DNA from: Candidatus Sulfobium sp.
Lineage (GTDB): Bacteria > Nitrospirota > Thermodesulfovibrionia > Thermodesulfovibrionales > UBA6898
Length of the DNA stretch: 64,000 bases
NCBI GenBank assembly: GCA_037380845.1
Contig: JARRRI010000006.1
Location: 12,782-76,781, forward strand
Direction of reading: 5' to 3'
In this document: positions 1-10,453 of the stretch, piece by piece
How positions within the stretch are numbered: position 1 is the first letter of the stretch
Layout: the number at the start of each line of letters is the position of its first letter
Program-made: the position numbers and the translations under genes
Notes under the pieces: generated by a model
The model's input: only the letters and a program-made list of their open reading frames with translations
Told to the model about the DNA's origin: nothing
The model's database searches: none

Positions 1-592
1 TATAAGGAACATTAACCCAAATGCAGGGATAGGTCAGACAGGGGATAAAGGAGCTGCTCCGCTGCCCAGCCGGTCGCTGGATTCAGTGCGGGAACATTTA
101 ATGCCAAGAGAAACCTCAATACTGTAGCAGAAATGTCACAGGGTTGATTACAGGAAGGAAGGTTGTGACAGATCATTCCACCTTCTGGACCTACACTGGG
201 CCCCGTAACTGATTTCAGAAAAGGCCGCGGGCAGCGAATGCCTCCTTTTTTCGACTCCTTCCTGTAATCTTGCTCCGTGATGCACTTTGACAAAATGAGG
301 GTTTGTAGTGCAATGAAACGATCCTTTTAATTCAGCTCGGGTCATCCTACTCATGCCACCTGAAATAATTGATGACAGTTTTCATTCTCCGCGGTACATT
401 TTGAGTATGATGAGCTCCATTTATTGTGTACCTTCGTTCAGGAAATGCGAGGGCGAAAAAGGTCTAAATGAGGGAAAATGAAATCCATTGCGAGGAGGCT
501 CATAGTCCTTTCCTTTGTTCGTTTTTTTGCTGGGATCCGATGCACGGTCAGGCGGACATCGATCATGATGCGAAAGAAGGAGGTGCGACAAA

Positions 593-1489
593 GTGAGAAC
601 ATGGCCTGTGAATCTTCGAGCACCGAATATCGATAAGACTGCTATCAGTCCCTACGACCGTTATTGTGACGGTTATGCCCGTCCAGGTGCGGATGGGAAT
701 GGCTATGTATCCGTGGTGAAGGTCGGTACCGGCACCGTCGTAAAGACTGATGATTTCCTGCTGGATGGTGTACTCGCCTATGACCGGGCCGAGGCCAGCG
801 ATGCCTACATTGGACAGATCAACATGCAGACCGCCTCATCATTCTGTGGAATTGCCGGCCAGGTTTGGGGTTATGACCTGGCCACAGCGGACGTCATTGC
901 AAGGGGAGAGCAGAAATCGATTCTGGAGGTTAAGCAGTATGACTGCTCCGCTCTACCCGTTTATGACGCGCAGCCTTTGATCGACGCGGGCATAGCGCTT
1001 TTCGGCACTGAGAAGAACCGCCGTTTCCCACCGGCTCCGGGTGCCCACGTGCTATGCGCCAATAAGAGCGTGACTGCTCTGCGGCCCAAGGAGGGACCGC
1101 TGCAGAAGGGCCAGGCATGCGGCGTCTGGTGCTCTATCGCTCTTTCCATCGGCAGGGACCGCGATAATGCCGCGGATCTGTTCATCGAGGATGGCGGTTT
1201 CTGGACCCAAAACGACAACCCGAACGACCTCAAGGCCTTTGTGGAAAAGCACCGTGAGGCGCTGGTATGGTCGGTTGTTGCCTGCGGCAAGTACCAGAAC
1301 GTGCTCTATGACCGCACTTACATCAGCTTTGCTTATACCATCATGAAGCCCGGTGAGGTGGGTACGGCACTCGCCGTCGCGCCATATATAACCCTGGCGC
1401 GTGATGCTGTCCCTTCAGGGGGCTTCAGCAGCCTCAACCGCATGACTCTCTCCGAATGGGCCAGAGAGATGGGGTTTGAGAAAGGCTAA
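593..1489 (+). CDS. hdcA: Histidine decarboxylase, pyruvoyl-dependent proenzyme
   Basis: Contains AISPYDRYCDGY, YDRAEASDAYIGQINMQTASSFCG (Ser-Ser autocleavage site), LFIEDGG and APYITLA, which are typical of the HdcA family. GTG start lies 8 nt after AAGGAGGT. Confidence 0.88.
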   Translation: MRTWPVNLRAPNIDKTAISPYDRYCDGYARPGADGNGYVSVVKVGTGTVVKTDDFLLDGVLAYDRAEASDAYIGQINMQTASSFCGIAGQVWGYDLATADVIARGEQKSILEVKQYDCSALPVYDAQPLIDAGIALFGTEKNRRFPPAPGAHVLCANKSVTALRPKEGPLQKGQACGVWCSIALSIGRDRDNAADLFIEDGGFWTQNDNPNDLKAFVEKHREALVWSVVACGKYQNVLYDRTYISFAYTIMKPGEVGTALAVAPYITLARDAVPSGGFSSLNRMTLSEWAREMGFEKG

Positions 1490-1814
1490 AGTCCGCATGG
1501 CCAGCGAAGCACCTGACTCCTCAATGCATGGGAGGTCGGTCCGCCATACCGATCAGTTATCAGTCAGACACCGCATCGAGGGCATACACAGAACCCGGTA
1601 TCTGCGCGACTATAACCGGTTTTCGGGTATCACTGCACCGCCGACATAACGGCATTAAAGAATATGGGTTACAGGCCCAAACGGTCAGTCGGTTAAAGCC
1701 CGGTTTTGATCGCGAGTCCCTTCTTGCCGCATCAATCATCCCCATAGTGTATTCGCATCCCTGCTTGCGTTTGTCGATGTATATGCTAATGTGTTCGTAG
1801 GGGGTGCGAAAAAA

Positions 1815-2708
1815 ATGAAAATTCTGCTTGCAACCGACGGTTCCGAATATTCGGAAAGGGCGGCGCGGTTTCTTGCCCGGCTCCGGCTTTCCTCCGAAGA
1901 TGAAATAGCCGTTCTTCACGTGGTGAGCTGGGTTCCTTTCAACTATGACGCCGAAGCCTATCACGAAAGTCTCAAGCATATAAGGATGGAGATTGCCCCG
2001 AAGATTCTGGACTCGACCATTGAGCTATTGGGACCGGTGAAAGCACGGATAAGCACTGAAATTATCGACGGCGCGCCGGAGAGGTATATCATCGAAGCAG
2101 CACGCAATTACGGAGCCGGTATGATCGTTATGGGGGCGAAAGGTATTAAGGGTATCAAGTCCTTAATCGTCGGTAGCGTCACCAAGGCGGTTGCACTGAG
2201 TTCCCCCATTCCCGTTCTTGTCATAAAGCAACCGGTGGGTGGGGACGCTGCGCTGCGTATCCTGTTTGCTACCGACGGCTCCGATTATTCCATCGAAGCT
2301 GCACGTTTTCTCGCCCGCATCCCTTTTCCGGAGGACACTGAGCTGACCGTCATGAACGCGATCTGGTCGGACTTTTCCGACATACCCGAAAGGTTCGTGA
2401 TGGAAGTCGACGACCGGATAAAAGGGGCTGTGGCCGAGAAGAGATCGGGCGAGATTGCCGAATCGGAAAGTATACTGAAGGACGCGCAGATATTGCTGGA
2501 GGACAGGTTCGGAAAAGTTAAAAAGCTGTCGAAGATCGGCGACCCATCCCTTGAGATCCTGAACACGGCCGAATCTTTGAAAAGCGATATAATCGCGGTC
2601 GGCTGCAGGGGCATGAAGGGCATAAAGGGCGTGATGGGAAGCGTATCGAGAAACGTACTGAATCATGCGGCATGTTCCGTCTTCATAGGGAAGACCTGCC
2701 GGGAGTAG
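1815..2708 (+). CDS. Tandem-domain universal stress protein
   Basis: Two USP domains (KILLATDGS...GSVTKAV and RILFATDGS...GSVSRNV). ATG at 1815 is preferred over the GTG at 1791. Confidence 0.9.
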   Translation: MKILLATDGSEYSERAARFLARLRLSSEDEIAVLHVVSWVPFNYDAEAYHESLKHIRMEIAPKILDSTIELLGPVKARISTEIIDGAPERYIIEAARNYGAGMIVMGAKGIKGIKSLIVGSVTKAVALSSPIPVLVIKQPVGGDAALRILFATDGSDYSIEAARFLARIPFPEDTELTVMNAIWSDFSDIPERFVMEVDDRIKGAVAEKRSGEIAESESILKDAQILLEDRFGKVKKLSKIGDPSLEILNTAESLKSDIIAVGCRGMKGIKGVMGSVSRNVLNHAACSVFIGKTCRE

Positions 2709-2730
2709 TCAGAGACACATAAAGTCCTGT

Positions 2731-5700
2731 TTACGTCTGCTGCTTTGTTTCTGAATCATCGGAGTGTCTCCCGAATCGTCCAAACCGCAATGCCAGAGAG
2801 GGAAGGACCAGGAGGTTCAGCGCCGTTGACGTAACGAGGCCGCCCAGTATGATCTGGGCCATGGGACCTTCTATCTCGCGTCCCGCTGCTCCGCTTCCAA
2901 GGGCAAGCGGCAGGAGGCCAAGCGCCGTAACGGTCGCCGTCATCAGTATCGGGGCGAGCCGCTCCGATGCGCCCCGGACTGCGGTCTCCGGTCCCCAGTC
3001 CATTCCTTCGACGTCGACCAGGTGCTCATAATGGGATATTAGCATGACGGAATTCCGGAGCGTTATCCCGAAAAGGGTCACGAAGCCCACGATTGAGCCT
3101 ATGGAAAGCACCCCTCCTGCGGCGAAGGCCACGAAAACGCCGCCGGCCAGGGCAAAAGGCAGGTTAAGAAGTATCAACAAGAGGTTCCTGTAGCTAACGG
3201 TCACTATCGAAAGGAGGATGATTATTCCCAGGGCCGCGATGGCCGAATGAACCAGGAGGTCTCTTCTTGTGCGGGCCTGCTCCTTTGCGGCACCCGCAAT
3301 ATTGAGATACGTGCCCGCCGGCAGGTGAAGGCGGGAAACCATCTCCTTCTGAACCTCTGCCACAAAGGAGCCGAGGCTTCTGCCCCGTACCTTGCATGTG
3401 ATCGTCTGGACACGTCTTGCGCCCTCGTGCAATATAATAAACCTTGCCGGCATCTCGCGCAGGTTCGCCAGCTGCGAAAGGCTTACGTATGCGCCCTCCG
3501 GGTTCCTGAGAGGCAGGTTTGCCACGTCCGTTATGCTCTTTCTGTTTTTGGGATCGACTATGACCGATACGTTAAAAGCCCTGTTGCCTTGAAATACCTG
3601 TCCTACCTTCTTTCCCGCAAAGGCCGTGTGAATGTCGTCAAGGACCGCCGCGGGCTCAAAACCCCAGCGAGCAAGAGCCCCCTTATCGAGCGTTGCCAGA
3701 AGTTCGGGGGCTGAGGGCGGCGCCTGGAGTCTCACGTCGGCTGCGCCGCGGATGCCGCTTAATATGGCCTCAGCCTCAGCCGCCTTCCTGTCGAGCACGG
3801 ATAGGTCGTTGCCGTAAATGTTTACGGCGACAGGCGCCCTGAAGCCAGAGATGGTCTCATTTATCCTCTCCGTAAGAAAAGTGTCTATTTCGGAGGCCAT
3901 ACCTGGGAATCCAGCTATGATGCCTCTTATCTGCCTTCTTGCCCGGTCGAACCCCGATTTGCCGAGAGGCTTCAGCGTAAGATCGAATTCGCCTTCGTTC
4001 GCGCCCCTGGCCTCGTCGCCTTCTATCGTCCTGCCCGCCATCTGGGCGGCGGACCGCACATAGGGGAGCGCCGTCAGCTTGTCCTCCAAAAGGGCCCCGG
4101 TCCGCAGGGTCTCCTTAAGCGAAGTGCCAGGGGCGGTGGTTGTGTGTATTATGAAATTTCCTTCGATCAGCTCCGGCATAAAACGGCCCTCGAGGAACGG
4201 AAAGATGACAAGCGTGGCCGCGATGAGCACGCCAGCCGCCGCCATGACCGATTTCGGCCTTCTTTCTACGGCAAGTATTATCCTCACGTAGTGCCCCTTA
4301 ATCCAGCGGGCCACGGGCGGCTCCTCCGCAGGCAGCTCCCCTTTGCCCAGCATCAGGAGCGACAGGGCGGGCGTTACCGTGAGGGCGACCAGAAGCGCAA
4401 AGAACCTGCCCGATATCCCTGTCATGGTGAGCACCGGGATAAAGACCAGCACGACGGCGAATGTGGCGTACACAACGGCGCTCCTCACTTCCACGCTGGC
4501 CTTATACACCACCTGCAGCGCCGGAAGGGGCTCTTTCGCCAGGCGGTTTTCCCTCAGCCGCCTTAATATGTTCTCCACGTCTATAACGGCGTCGTCGACG
4601 ACCTCTCCTATTGCGATTGCGAGCCCTCCGATGGTCATGGTGTTTAAGCTCAGGCCGAAATGCTCAAGCACCGTCACCGACCCCAGCAGTGATAGCGGAA
4701 TGGCGGCGCAGGAAATGGCAGCAGTCCTCAGATTGAACAGGTAAAGCAAGAGGACGATTACTACAAGAAGCGCACCGATGATGAGGGAGAAGTTAATATT
4801 ATGGAGCGCGGCTTCTATGAAGTCCGCTGCCCGGAAGAGCCCTGGATATATAGTTATACCCTGCTCTTCAAGGGTCGGACGGAGTTCCGCAATAGCCTTG
4901 TCCAGGCCGCGGGTCACATCCAGTGTGTTTGCGCCGTATTGGGCCCAGACCACCAGGAGCGTTCCGGGCTTGCCGTTTATCGTCGCACCGCCGATCCGGG
5001 GTGCCGGGGCCTCCGCCACATGGGCGACGTCTCCTAAAACCACGTTTGCCCCTTTTCCATGCTTCAGGACCGCCCCGGCAAGCTCCCCGGCCGTAAGTGA
5101 CTGCCCCGCGCTCCTGACGGTTATTCTCTGGTTGGTCCCGTCAATGAATCCCGCACCTTTAACTCCGGTCCCTTTTTTAGCGGCTGATATCACGTCTTCG
5201 AGGGAAAGGCCGTACTTTATCAGCCTTTCGGGGATGACCTGAATCTGCAGCTCTTTTTCGCCGCCTCCGTATATGTTCACCTGGGCGACGCCGGATACTG
5301 CCAGCAAACGCTGCCTGACCGTCCAGTCGGCCACGGTTCTTAACTGCATTTGTGAGAGTTTCGTTGAAGTCAGACCGATTTCGATTACGTTTCCAGTGGA
5401 GGACGTAAGCGGTTTCATCTCCGGCGTCACCCCCTCCGGGAGCGCGCCTGTGAGAGTGGAAAGCCGCTCTGCTATCTTCTGCCTGGCAAGGTATACGTCC
5501 GTGCCGCTTTTGAACCTGACCGTGACGACCGACAGACCCTGCATCGATCTTGACAGGATTGAGGCCAGCCCGCCCAGGCCGGTTACGGCGATTTCCACCG
5601 GGCGGGTAATGAGTTCCTCGGTCTGCTCCGGCGAAAAACCGGGCGCCTCGGAGTTTACCGTTACCTCGGGAGGAGCAAACTCCGGAAAAACGTCATATCT

Positions 5701-5829
5701 GGCGCCGGTGAGAGAATAGATGCTGTAAACCAGAAACAGCAGGGCAAGAGCTATGATTATACCCCGGCGGCGCAGGGCAAACCGGACGATCGTTCCCAAT
5801 ATGCCGTGGTGCCCGCTCCCGGCACTCAA
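2731..5829 (-). CDS. CusA/CzcA-family heavy-metal RND efflux permease (apparent short in-frame deletion in a TM segment)
   Basis: 1032 aa with DVFPEF, AIGEVVDDAVIDVEN and ERLAPILMTA motifs. Confidence 0.9.
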   Translation of the reverse strand: MSAGSGHHGILGTIVRFALRRRGIIIALALLFLVYSIYSLTGARYDVFPEFAPPEVTVNSEAPGFSPEQTEELITRPVEIAVTGLGGLASILSRSMQGLSVVTVRFKSGTDVYLARQKIAERLSTLTGALPEGVTPEMKPLTSSTGNVIEIGLTSTKLSQMQLRTVADWTVRQRLLAVSGVAQVNIYGGGEKELQIQVIPERLIKYGLSLEDVISAAKKGTGVKGAGFIDGTNQRITVRSAGQSLTAGELAGAVLKHGKGANVVLGDVAHVAEAPAPRIGGATINGKPGTLLVVWAQYGANTLDVTRGLDKAIAELRPTLEEQGITIYPGLFRAADFIEAALHNINFSLIIGALLVVIVLLLYLFNLRTAAISCAAIPLSLLGSVTVLEHFGLSLNTMTIGGLAIAIGEVVDDAVIDVENILRRLRENRLAKEPLPALQVVYKASVEVRSAVVYATFAVVLVFIPVLTMTGISGRFFALLVALTVTPALSLLMLGKGELPAEEPPVARWIKGHYVRIILAVERRPKSVMAAAGVLIAATLVIFPFLEGRFMPELIEGNFIIHTTTAPGTSLKETLRTGALLEDKLTALPYVRSAAQMAGRTIEGDEARGANEGEFDLTLKPLGKSGFDRARRQIRGIIAGFPGMASEIDTFLTERINETISGFRAPVAVNIYGNDLSVLDRKAAEAEAILSGIRGAADVRLQAPPSAPELLATLDKGALARWGFEPAAVLDDIHTAFAGKKVGQVFQGNRAFNVSVIVDPKNRKSITDVANLPLRNPEGAYVSLSQLANLREMPARFIILHEGARRVQTITCKVRGRSLGSFVAEVQKEMVSRLHLPAGTYLNIAGAAKEQARTRRDLLVHSAIAALGIIILLSIVTVSYRNLLLILLNLPFALAGGVFVAFAAGGVLSIGSIVGFVTLFGITLRNSVMLISHYEHLVDVEGMDWGPETAVRGASERLAPILMTATVTALGLLPLALGSGAAGREIEGPMAQIILGGLVTSTALNLLVLPSLALRFGRFGRHSDDSETKQQT

Positions 5830-6875
5830 TCCTCGTCCTCTTCTTCGCCGCCGCCTGTCGCTTTCGGTATGCTCTCTTCAGAGAGCAGGGCCTGGGCTCC
5901 CTTGACCACGAGTTCATCTCCGGGAGAAAAGCGCCCTGATACGAAGTAGCCTTCATTTAACGGATTCGACGTGGGCACCTGCTCTCTCGCAAAACCCGTT
6001 GCGCTTTTTTTGACATAGACCCATGCCCTGTCCTGCAGCCATACCACAGCAGAGAGCGGCACAAAAAAGCCTTTCCTGACTCTGCCTGTATGCATCTGTG
6101 CCGTCACGTTCATACCGGGAAGAAGGTTGCCGGAGCTGGAAGAAGCGGCATATATGAAACTTACTCCCTGTATCCTCGGGTCCGTTCTTGTCGCCCGGGA
6201 GACAAAGTTCGCGGAGACTGTGCCCCCCGAGGGAGGCTCTATCCGGATTCTCTTTGCGATCCCCCGGACCGGGAAGGCCGGAGGGACAGTAATCTGCAGA
6301 AGGACTTTTCTTGTACCGAGGACATCCTGTAGCTGGGACGAATAATCGAATATCCATTCCGAGAGGGTGGGGCCCCATTTTACCGCGATCGAATCCTTCG
6401 CCGACTGCAAGACGCCTCGTGCATTGGCCTCCTCGGCCCTGTCGGCTGCAAGCTGCGCTGCGGCAGCCTGAAGCGCCCGGTCCGAGACGTTCTTGGCACT
6501 GGCGTTAAGGGTTTTCAGCCGTTCATACTCCTTTTCAGATGCATTAAGTGCGGCGTTTGCTCTTTCAAGGCCCGTCGTTGCCGCCACATAGGCCCTGCGC
6601 GAGGCGTTAATGCCTTCAGGGTCAAGGACCCTTCCATAGGCCGTCACGCTCATCCGGTGGAGACGCGGTTTCAGCGCCTCCGTAGTTATGCCGCCCGCCT
6701 CCTGGGCTTCTTTAGATATGGTTACCGTATAAGAGGACTCCGGAACGCCTGTCCGGGCTCCGGGTGATTTTTGGGTATCTTCTCCTTTTACCCCGCTGAG
6801 CAGCAGGAACGCGGCGGGGAGTGCCGTGAAAAGAATAAGAAACGCAAAAAGTCTCCTCGTTCTCCCGCTTTTCAC
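5826..6875 (-). CDS. RND periplasmic adaptor (membrane fusion protein)
   Basis: N-terminal membrane anchor, coiled hairpin, LLPGMNV and VPLSAVV motifs. Overlaps both neighbours by 4 nt. Confidence 0.85.
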   Translation of the reverse strand: MKSGRTRRLFAFLILFTALPAAFLLLSGVKGEDTQKSPGARTGVPESSYTVTISKEAQEAGGITTEALKPRLHRMSVTAYGRVLDPEGINASRRAYVAATTGLERANAALNASEKEYERLKTLNASAKNVSDRALQAAAAQLAADRAEEANARGVLQSAKDSIAVKWGPTLSEWIFDYSSQLQDVLGTRKVLLQITVPPAFPVRGIAKRIRIEPPSGGTVSANFVSRATRTDPRIQGVSFIYAASSSSGNLLPGMNVTAQMHTGRVRKGFFVPLSAVVWLQDRAWVYVKKSATGFAREQVPTSNPLNEGYFVSGRFSPGDELVVKGAQALLSEESIPKATGGGEEEDED

Positions 6876-8272
6876 TTTTTTGTTCCCGCCCCCTGGTAAG
6901 AAATCGCCGTCTCAGGGAAAATATCCTGTCTGTTAAGCGGCTTCTGTACGGCATCCTCCAGCCGCCCCACCGACTCCTGCGCGGTAACAAGGGCATCAAG
7001 CCGCGACAGTCTGGCGGTGACGAGCTCGATCCTGGCTTCTGTCACCGCAAGAAGATCTGTCTGACCGGCCCTGAACCTCTCCTCAGCCGCCCGGAAAATT
7101 TTTCCCTGGCGGGCCAGGAGAGAATCGGCTGTTTCGAGAAGTTTCAGAGAACCTTTGTAGCCGGCAAAAGCGCGTCCTGTGTCTTCTATGATGCGGGCCT
7201 GAAGCGCGATAAACTCCGAGGCCTTTTCTTTGCGGCGTGCCCGGGCCTCTGCAATCGGACCCTCGTTGCGGTTCAGAAGGGGAAGTATCAATGCCGCTCC
7301 GAGTGACCATTCATTGTCACCCTGGTCCCAGGTATATGCCGGTCCGAGGTGTATGTCGGGATACTGCCGTGCGATCTCCAGCCGGAGGTCCGCCTGGATT
7401 GCCTGGTATTCCGATAGCTTCGCCAGCAGATCGGCCCTGTTGAGGAGCGCCTCACGGCGGACCTCTGCCGAGTAAAGACCGGCATCCACCTTTTCCATGC
7501 TCCCGAAGGAAATATGGACCCCCTTGAGTGCTTCTTCGGGAATCCCCATCGAACCGGCGAAGCTTACCCTGGCCTGGATTTCATCCTTACGGACACTGGA
7601 AAGGGACAGGGCCGTCTTTTCCATGGTGATGACCGAGCTTGTCAGCGCATATTGCGATTCTTCTCCGGTTGCGAAACGCTCCCTGAATATGCGGACTATC
7701 TTTCTTTGCAGCTCCAGTTCTTCCTGCAGGATCTGTTCCCTTTTGACGAGAGCGTAAAGGGAAAGCAGATCTTTTCTCAGCCTGCTTCTGACCTGCCACG
7801 CCGTATCGGCTATCTCCATGCGGGCGGCATCGGAGAGATGGCCGGCGCGGGCAATCCTGTAACCCCTCCTCCCGGCCGTTTCGATGGGAATATCAAGAAA
7901 AAATGACAAGGTCCATGGGGCGAGTCCGCGCGGGTTTGCGTGGTATTGGGGCGTAAATCCGGCGCCGGGATTGGGGCGTTCGCCGGCTGTTATGACCCCT
8001 GCTTCCTTCACCTGCCATGCAGCGCGGGCTACATCGAGGTCCGGGTGATAGTAGAAAGCGGTGAGGGTCAGCATGCGCAAATCCCACGAAGCGGGAGGCC
8101 ATGGGAATATGGGATGACGGAGGTTCTTCTCCAGGAACGCCCGCAGCCCGGTGTTGTTTAGTGTACGCCCCTCAAATGCAGACGCCGTCGACGAAGGGTT
8201 GAGAGGCTTAGCCTGAAATGTTGTACAGCCGGCAAGAAGCACTACAGCTGCAAAAAGGGCGATGTTCCTCAT
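6872..8272 (-). CDS. TolC/CusC-family outer membrane efflux lipoprotein
   Basis: Lipobox LLAGC and OEP repeats. First gene of the OMF-MFP-RND triad. Confidence 0.85.
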   Translation of the reverse strand: MRNIALFAAVVLLAGCTTFQAKPLNPSSTASAFEGRTLNNTGLRAFLEKNLRHPIFPWPPASWDLRMLTLTAFYYHPDLDVARAAWQVKEAGVITAGERPNPGAGFTPQYHANPRGLAPWTLSFFLDIPIETAGRRGYRIARAGHLSDAARMEIADTAWQVRSRLRKDLLSLYALVKREQILQEELELQRKIVRIFRERFATGEESQYALTSSVITMEKTALSLSSVRKDEIQARVSFAGSMGIPEEALKGVHISFGSMEKVDAGLYSAEVRREALLNRADLLAKLSEYQAIQADLRLEIARQYPDIHLGPAYTWDQGDNEWSLGAALILPLLNRNEGPIAEARARRKEKASEFIALQARIIEDTGRAFAGYKGSLKLLETADSLLARQGKIFRAAEERFRAGQTDLLAVTEARIELVTARLSRLDALVTAQESVGRLEDAVQKPLNRQDIFPETAISYQGAGTKK

Positions 8273-8285
8273 TAGCCGGCGATCT

Positions 8286-8672
8286 CTAAACGTTTTCGAC
8301 CACTTTCTTCAGCCTGGCGCGTACCTGTTCGGCTACCTGTCCCAGTTTGGGATTGTCGATGGCCTGCATGGATGCCACGGGGTCGATTGCGGCTATTTCA
8401 GTCTTGCCCGCGGCGAGTTGCTGGACTATAACATTACAGGGGAGCATGGTTCCAATCTTGTCTTCGATCTGAAGCGCCTGGTGTGCGAAGTGCGGGTTGC
8501 ACGCCCCGAGGATGGTGTAAGGCCTGAAGTCCTCATTCAGCTTCTTCCTGATCGTCTCTTTCACGTCGATGGTCGTCATTATCCCGAATCCTTCCTTCTT
8601 CAGATCCTCCGTGACTTTTTCAAGCACCTTTTCGAAGGGCATGTCGACCGTTTTGTTGAAGTAGTAGCTCAT
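8286..8672 (-). CDS. DUF302 domain protein
   Basis: Motifs GFGIMTTID, ILGACNP and MLPCNVIV. Confidence 0.88.
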   Translation of the reverse strand: MSYYFNKTVDMPFEKVLEKVTEDLKKEGFGIMTTIDVKETIRKKLNEDFRPYTILGACNPHFAHQALQIEDKIGTMLPCNVIVQQLAAGKTEIAAIDPVASMQAIDNPKLGQVAEQVRARLKKVVENV

Positions 8673-8721
8673 CTCTTGCTCCTTTCTCCTTCCGGTCCTT
8701 TGAGGATGAACAACGCTGCCC

Positions 8722-9354
8722 TCAGCGCCGCATGAGTGACAGGATTATATCCGTGCCCATCCCCTGGTCCATACCCAGCCGGATCATCAGGATGGCGAGA
8801 GGTTCCAGATAACGGGCGCTCCTGAGCGGGCCGGCGTCCACGGGCTCAAACCCCGTCTGGACGATCAGATCTGACACCACCCTCTTGGCCTCCGCGTCAT
8901 CACCGCAGTAAAGCATCGTCGGCATCCTGGAGCCGAAGAGCCTGGAATTCGAATGATATATTTCGGCAAAGACCGTGTTGAATGCCTTTACGACACGTGC
9001 TCCAGGCAAAAGCGCGGCAACCTCTTCGCCGCCCGATGTCGTAAGCCCGACTTCCAGGTCGTCAGAGTCCGGTGTGAGGGGATTGGTGCAATCTATCACT
9101 ATCTTGGCACTGATCGGCCCGGCCGCCGTTACTGCGGCCTGTACGGACTGCCACTCTACCGCCAGCAGGACTATATCACCGTGCGCCACAGCCTGCGCCG
9201 GTTCGCCCCACAGCGCATTTGGATGGGAAGCGGCGAGATCCTTCAATTTTTCCGGGCTGTGTGAGAAACTGTACATGACGGAGTGGCCTTTTTTCGACCA
9301 GATATTCCCCAGCCCGCTCCCCATGTCTCCTGAGCCGATAATTCCGATGTTCAC
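8722..9354 (-). CDS. NADP oxidoreductase, F420-dependent-like family
   Basis: Rossmann GIIGSGDMG, plus DCTNP, VVKAFNT and DAGPL. Confidence 0.85.
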   Translation of the reverse strand: MNIGIIGSGDMGSGLGNIWSKKGHSVMYSFSHSPEKLKDLAASHPNALWGEPAQAVAHGDIVLLAVEWQSVQAAVTAAGPISAKIVIDCTNPLTPDSDDLEVGLTTSGGEEVAALLPGARVVKAFNTVFAEIYHSNSRLFGSRMPTMLYCGDDAEAKRVVSDLIVQTGFEPVDAGPLRSARYLEPLAILMIRLGMDQGMGTDIILSLMRR

Positions 9355-9472
9355 TCAGACTCCTTATAGGTGGTTGCTAACTAAAAAGTAGCAGAGGGGA
9401 GGGTGGTTGTCAAATAGGACAGCTTTAAGCTATCGGCAGTCAGCCATCAGCTGCAGCTTGCCAAAATTTCCC

Positions 9473-10399
9473 TTACCCCGGCTCCCTTAACTCCCTGATC
9501 TTTTCTTCCATATCATCCGGCAGGCCGCTTGTAAATTCCATGTATTCTCCACTTATAGGATGGACAAAGCCCAGGAGCGCGGCGTGGAGCATCTGCCTGG
9601 GAAAGGTGACTTTCTTCCGGTTTATTTCGATGGATGTCTTTTTCCCGTAAGTCCTGTCGCCGAGAACCGGATGGCCGAGGGCCGCGAAATGGACCCGTAT
9701 CTGGTGAGTCCTTCCAGTGCCGAGTCGGGCCTCGATAAGAGTCGCGCCTGCCAGACGCTCGACGACTTTCCAACCCGTCACCGCCTCCTTGCCCCTTCTC
9801 ACCCTGGTGGACATCTTCTTTCTGTCGGACTCCGAGCGGCCGATCTTCAGCGATATCTCTCCGCTGTCTTCGGCGAGAGGTCCGCTGACGAGGCCGACGT
9901 ACTTTCTGTTGATAGTTCTGTTTTTGAATTGTTCGACAAGGTCGTAGTACGCCCGGTCATCGAGCGCGACCACCATAACACCCGATGTGTCCCTGTCGAG
10001 CCTGTGTACAACCCCCGGTCTGAGCGGGCCGCCTACGGAGGCGAGTTTTCTGCTGCGGAAAGCCAGGGCGTTCATAAGAGTCCCGCTGTCATGACCGGCC
10101 CCAGGGTAAACTACCATGGATGGGGGCTTGTTGACGACGGCCACGAAATCATCAATATACAGGATTTCAAGGAGAATATTCTCAGGGCGGAGGGTCTCTT
10201 CCTTATCAGGGATCGTTATGGATATGATGTCGCCTGCCTTTGTCTTGTAGTTGGGTTTGACGGCTCCTTTGTCTATGGTGAGAAGTCCTTTCTCGATGAG
10301 GCGCCGGACGCGCGAACGCGTGAGGCCGGCCATTTCGGATGCGGCGATGTCTACGCGTTGCCCGGCCTCGGTCGGGGTGACGTGAAGGTCGAATCTCAT
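9473..10399 (-). CDS. rluD: RluA-family 23S rRNA pseudouridine synthase (RluD-like)
   Basis: S4 domain, NKP, HRLDRDTSG and TGRTHQIRVH. Confidence 0.9.
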   Translation of the reverse strand: MRFDLHVTPTEAGQRVDIAASEMAGLTRSRVRRLIEKGLLTIDKGAVKPNYKTKAGDIISITIPDKEETLRPENILLEILYIDDFVAVVNKPPSMVVYPGAGHDSGTLMNALAFRSRKLASVGGPLRPGVVHRLDRDTSGVMVVALDDRAYYDLVEQFKNRTINRKYVGLVSGPLAEDSGEISLKIGRSESDRKKMSTRVRRGKEAVTGWKVVERLAGATLIEARLGTGRTHQIRVHFAALGHPVLGDRTYGKKTSIEINRKKVTFPRQMLHAALLGFVHPISGEYMEFTSGLPDDMEEKIRELREPG

Positions 10400-10453
10400 A
10401 CATGGTAATTGTAACTCAAAAATTTAAAATGGGCTCAATCCGAGACATGCATC

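Noticed and set aside
1528..1800. 90-aa ORF between hdcA and the USP gene
   Set aside because: It has no RBS or recognisable motif and its composition is not protein-like. It was left unannotated.
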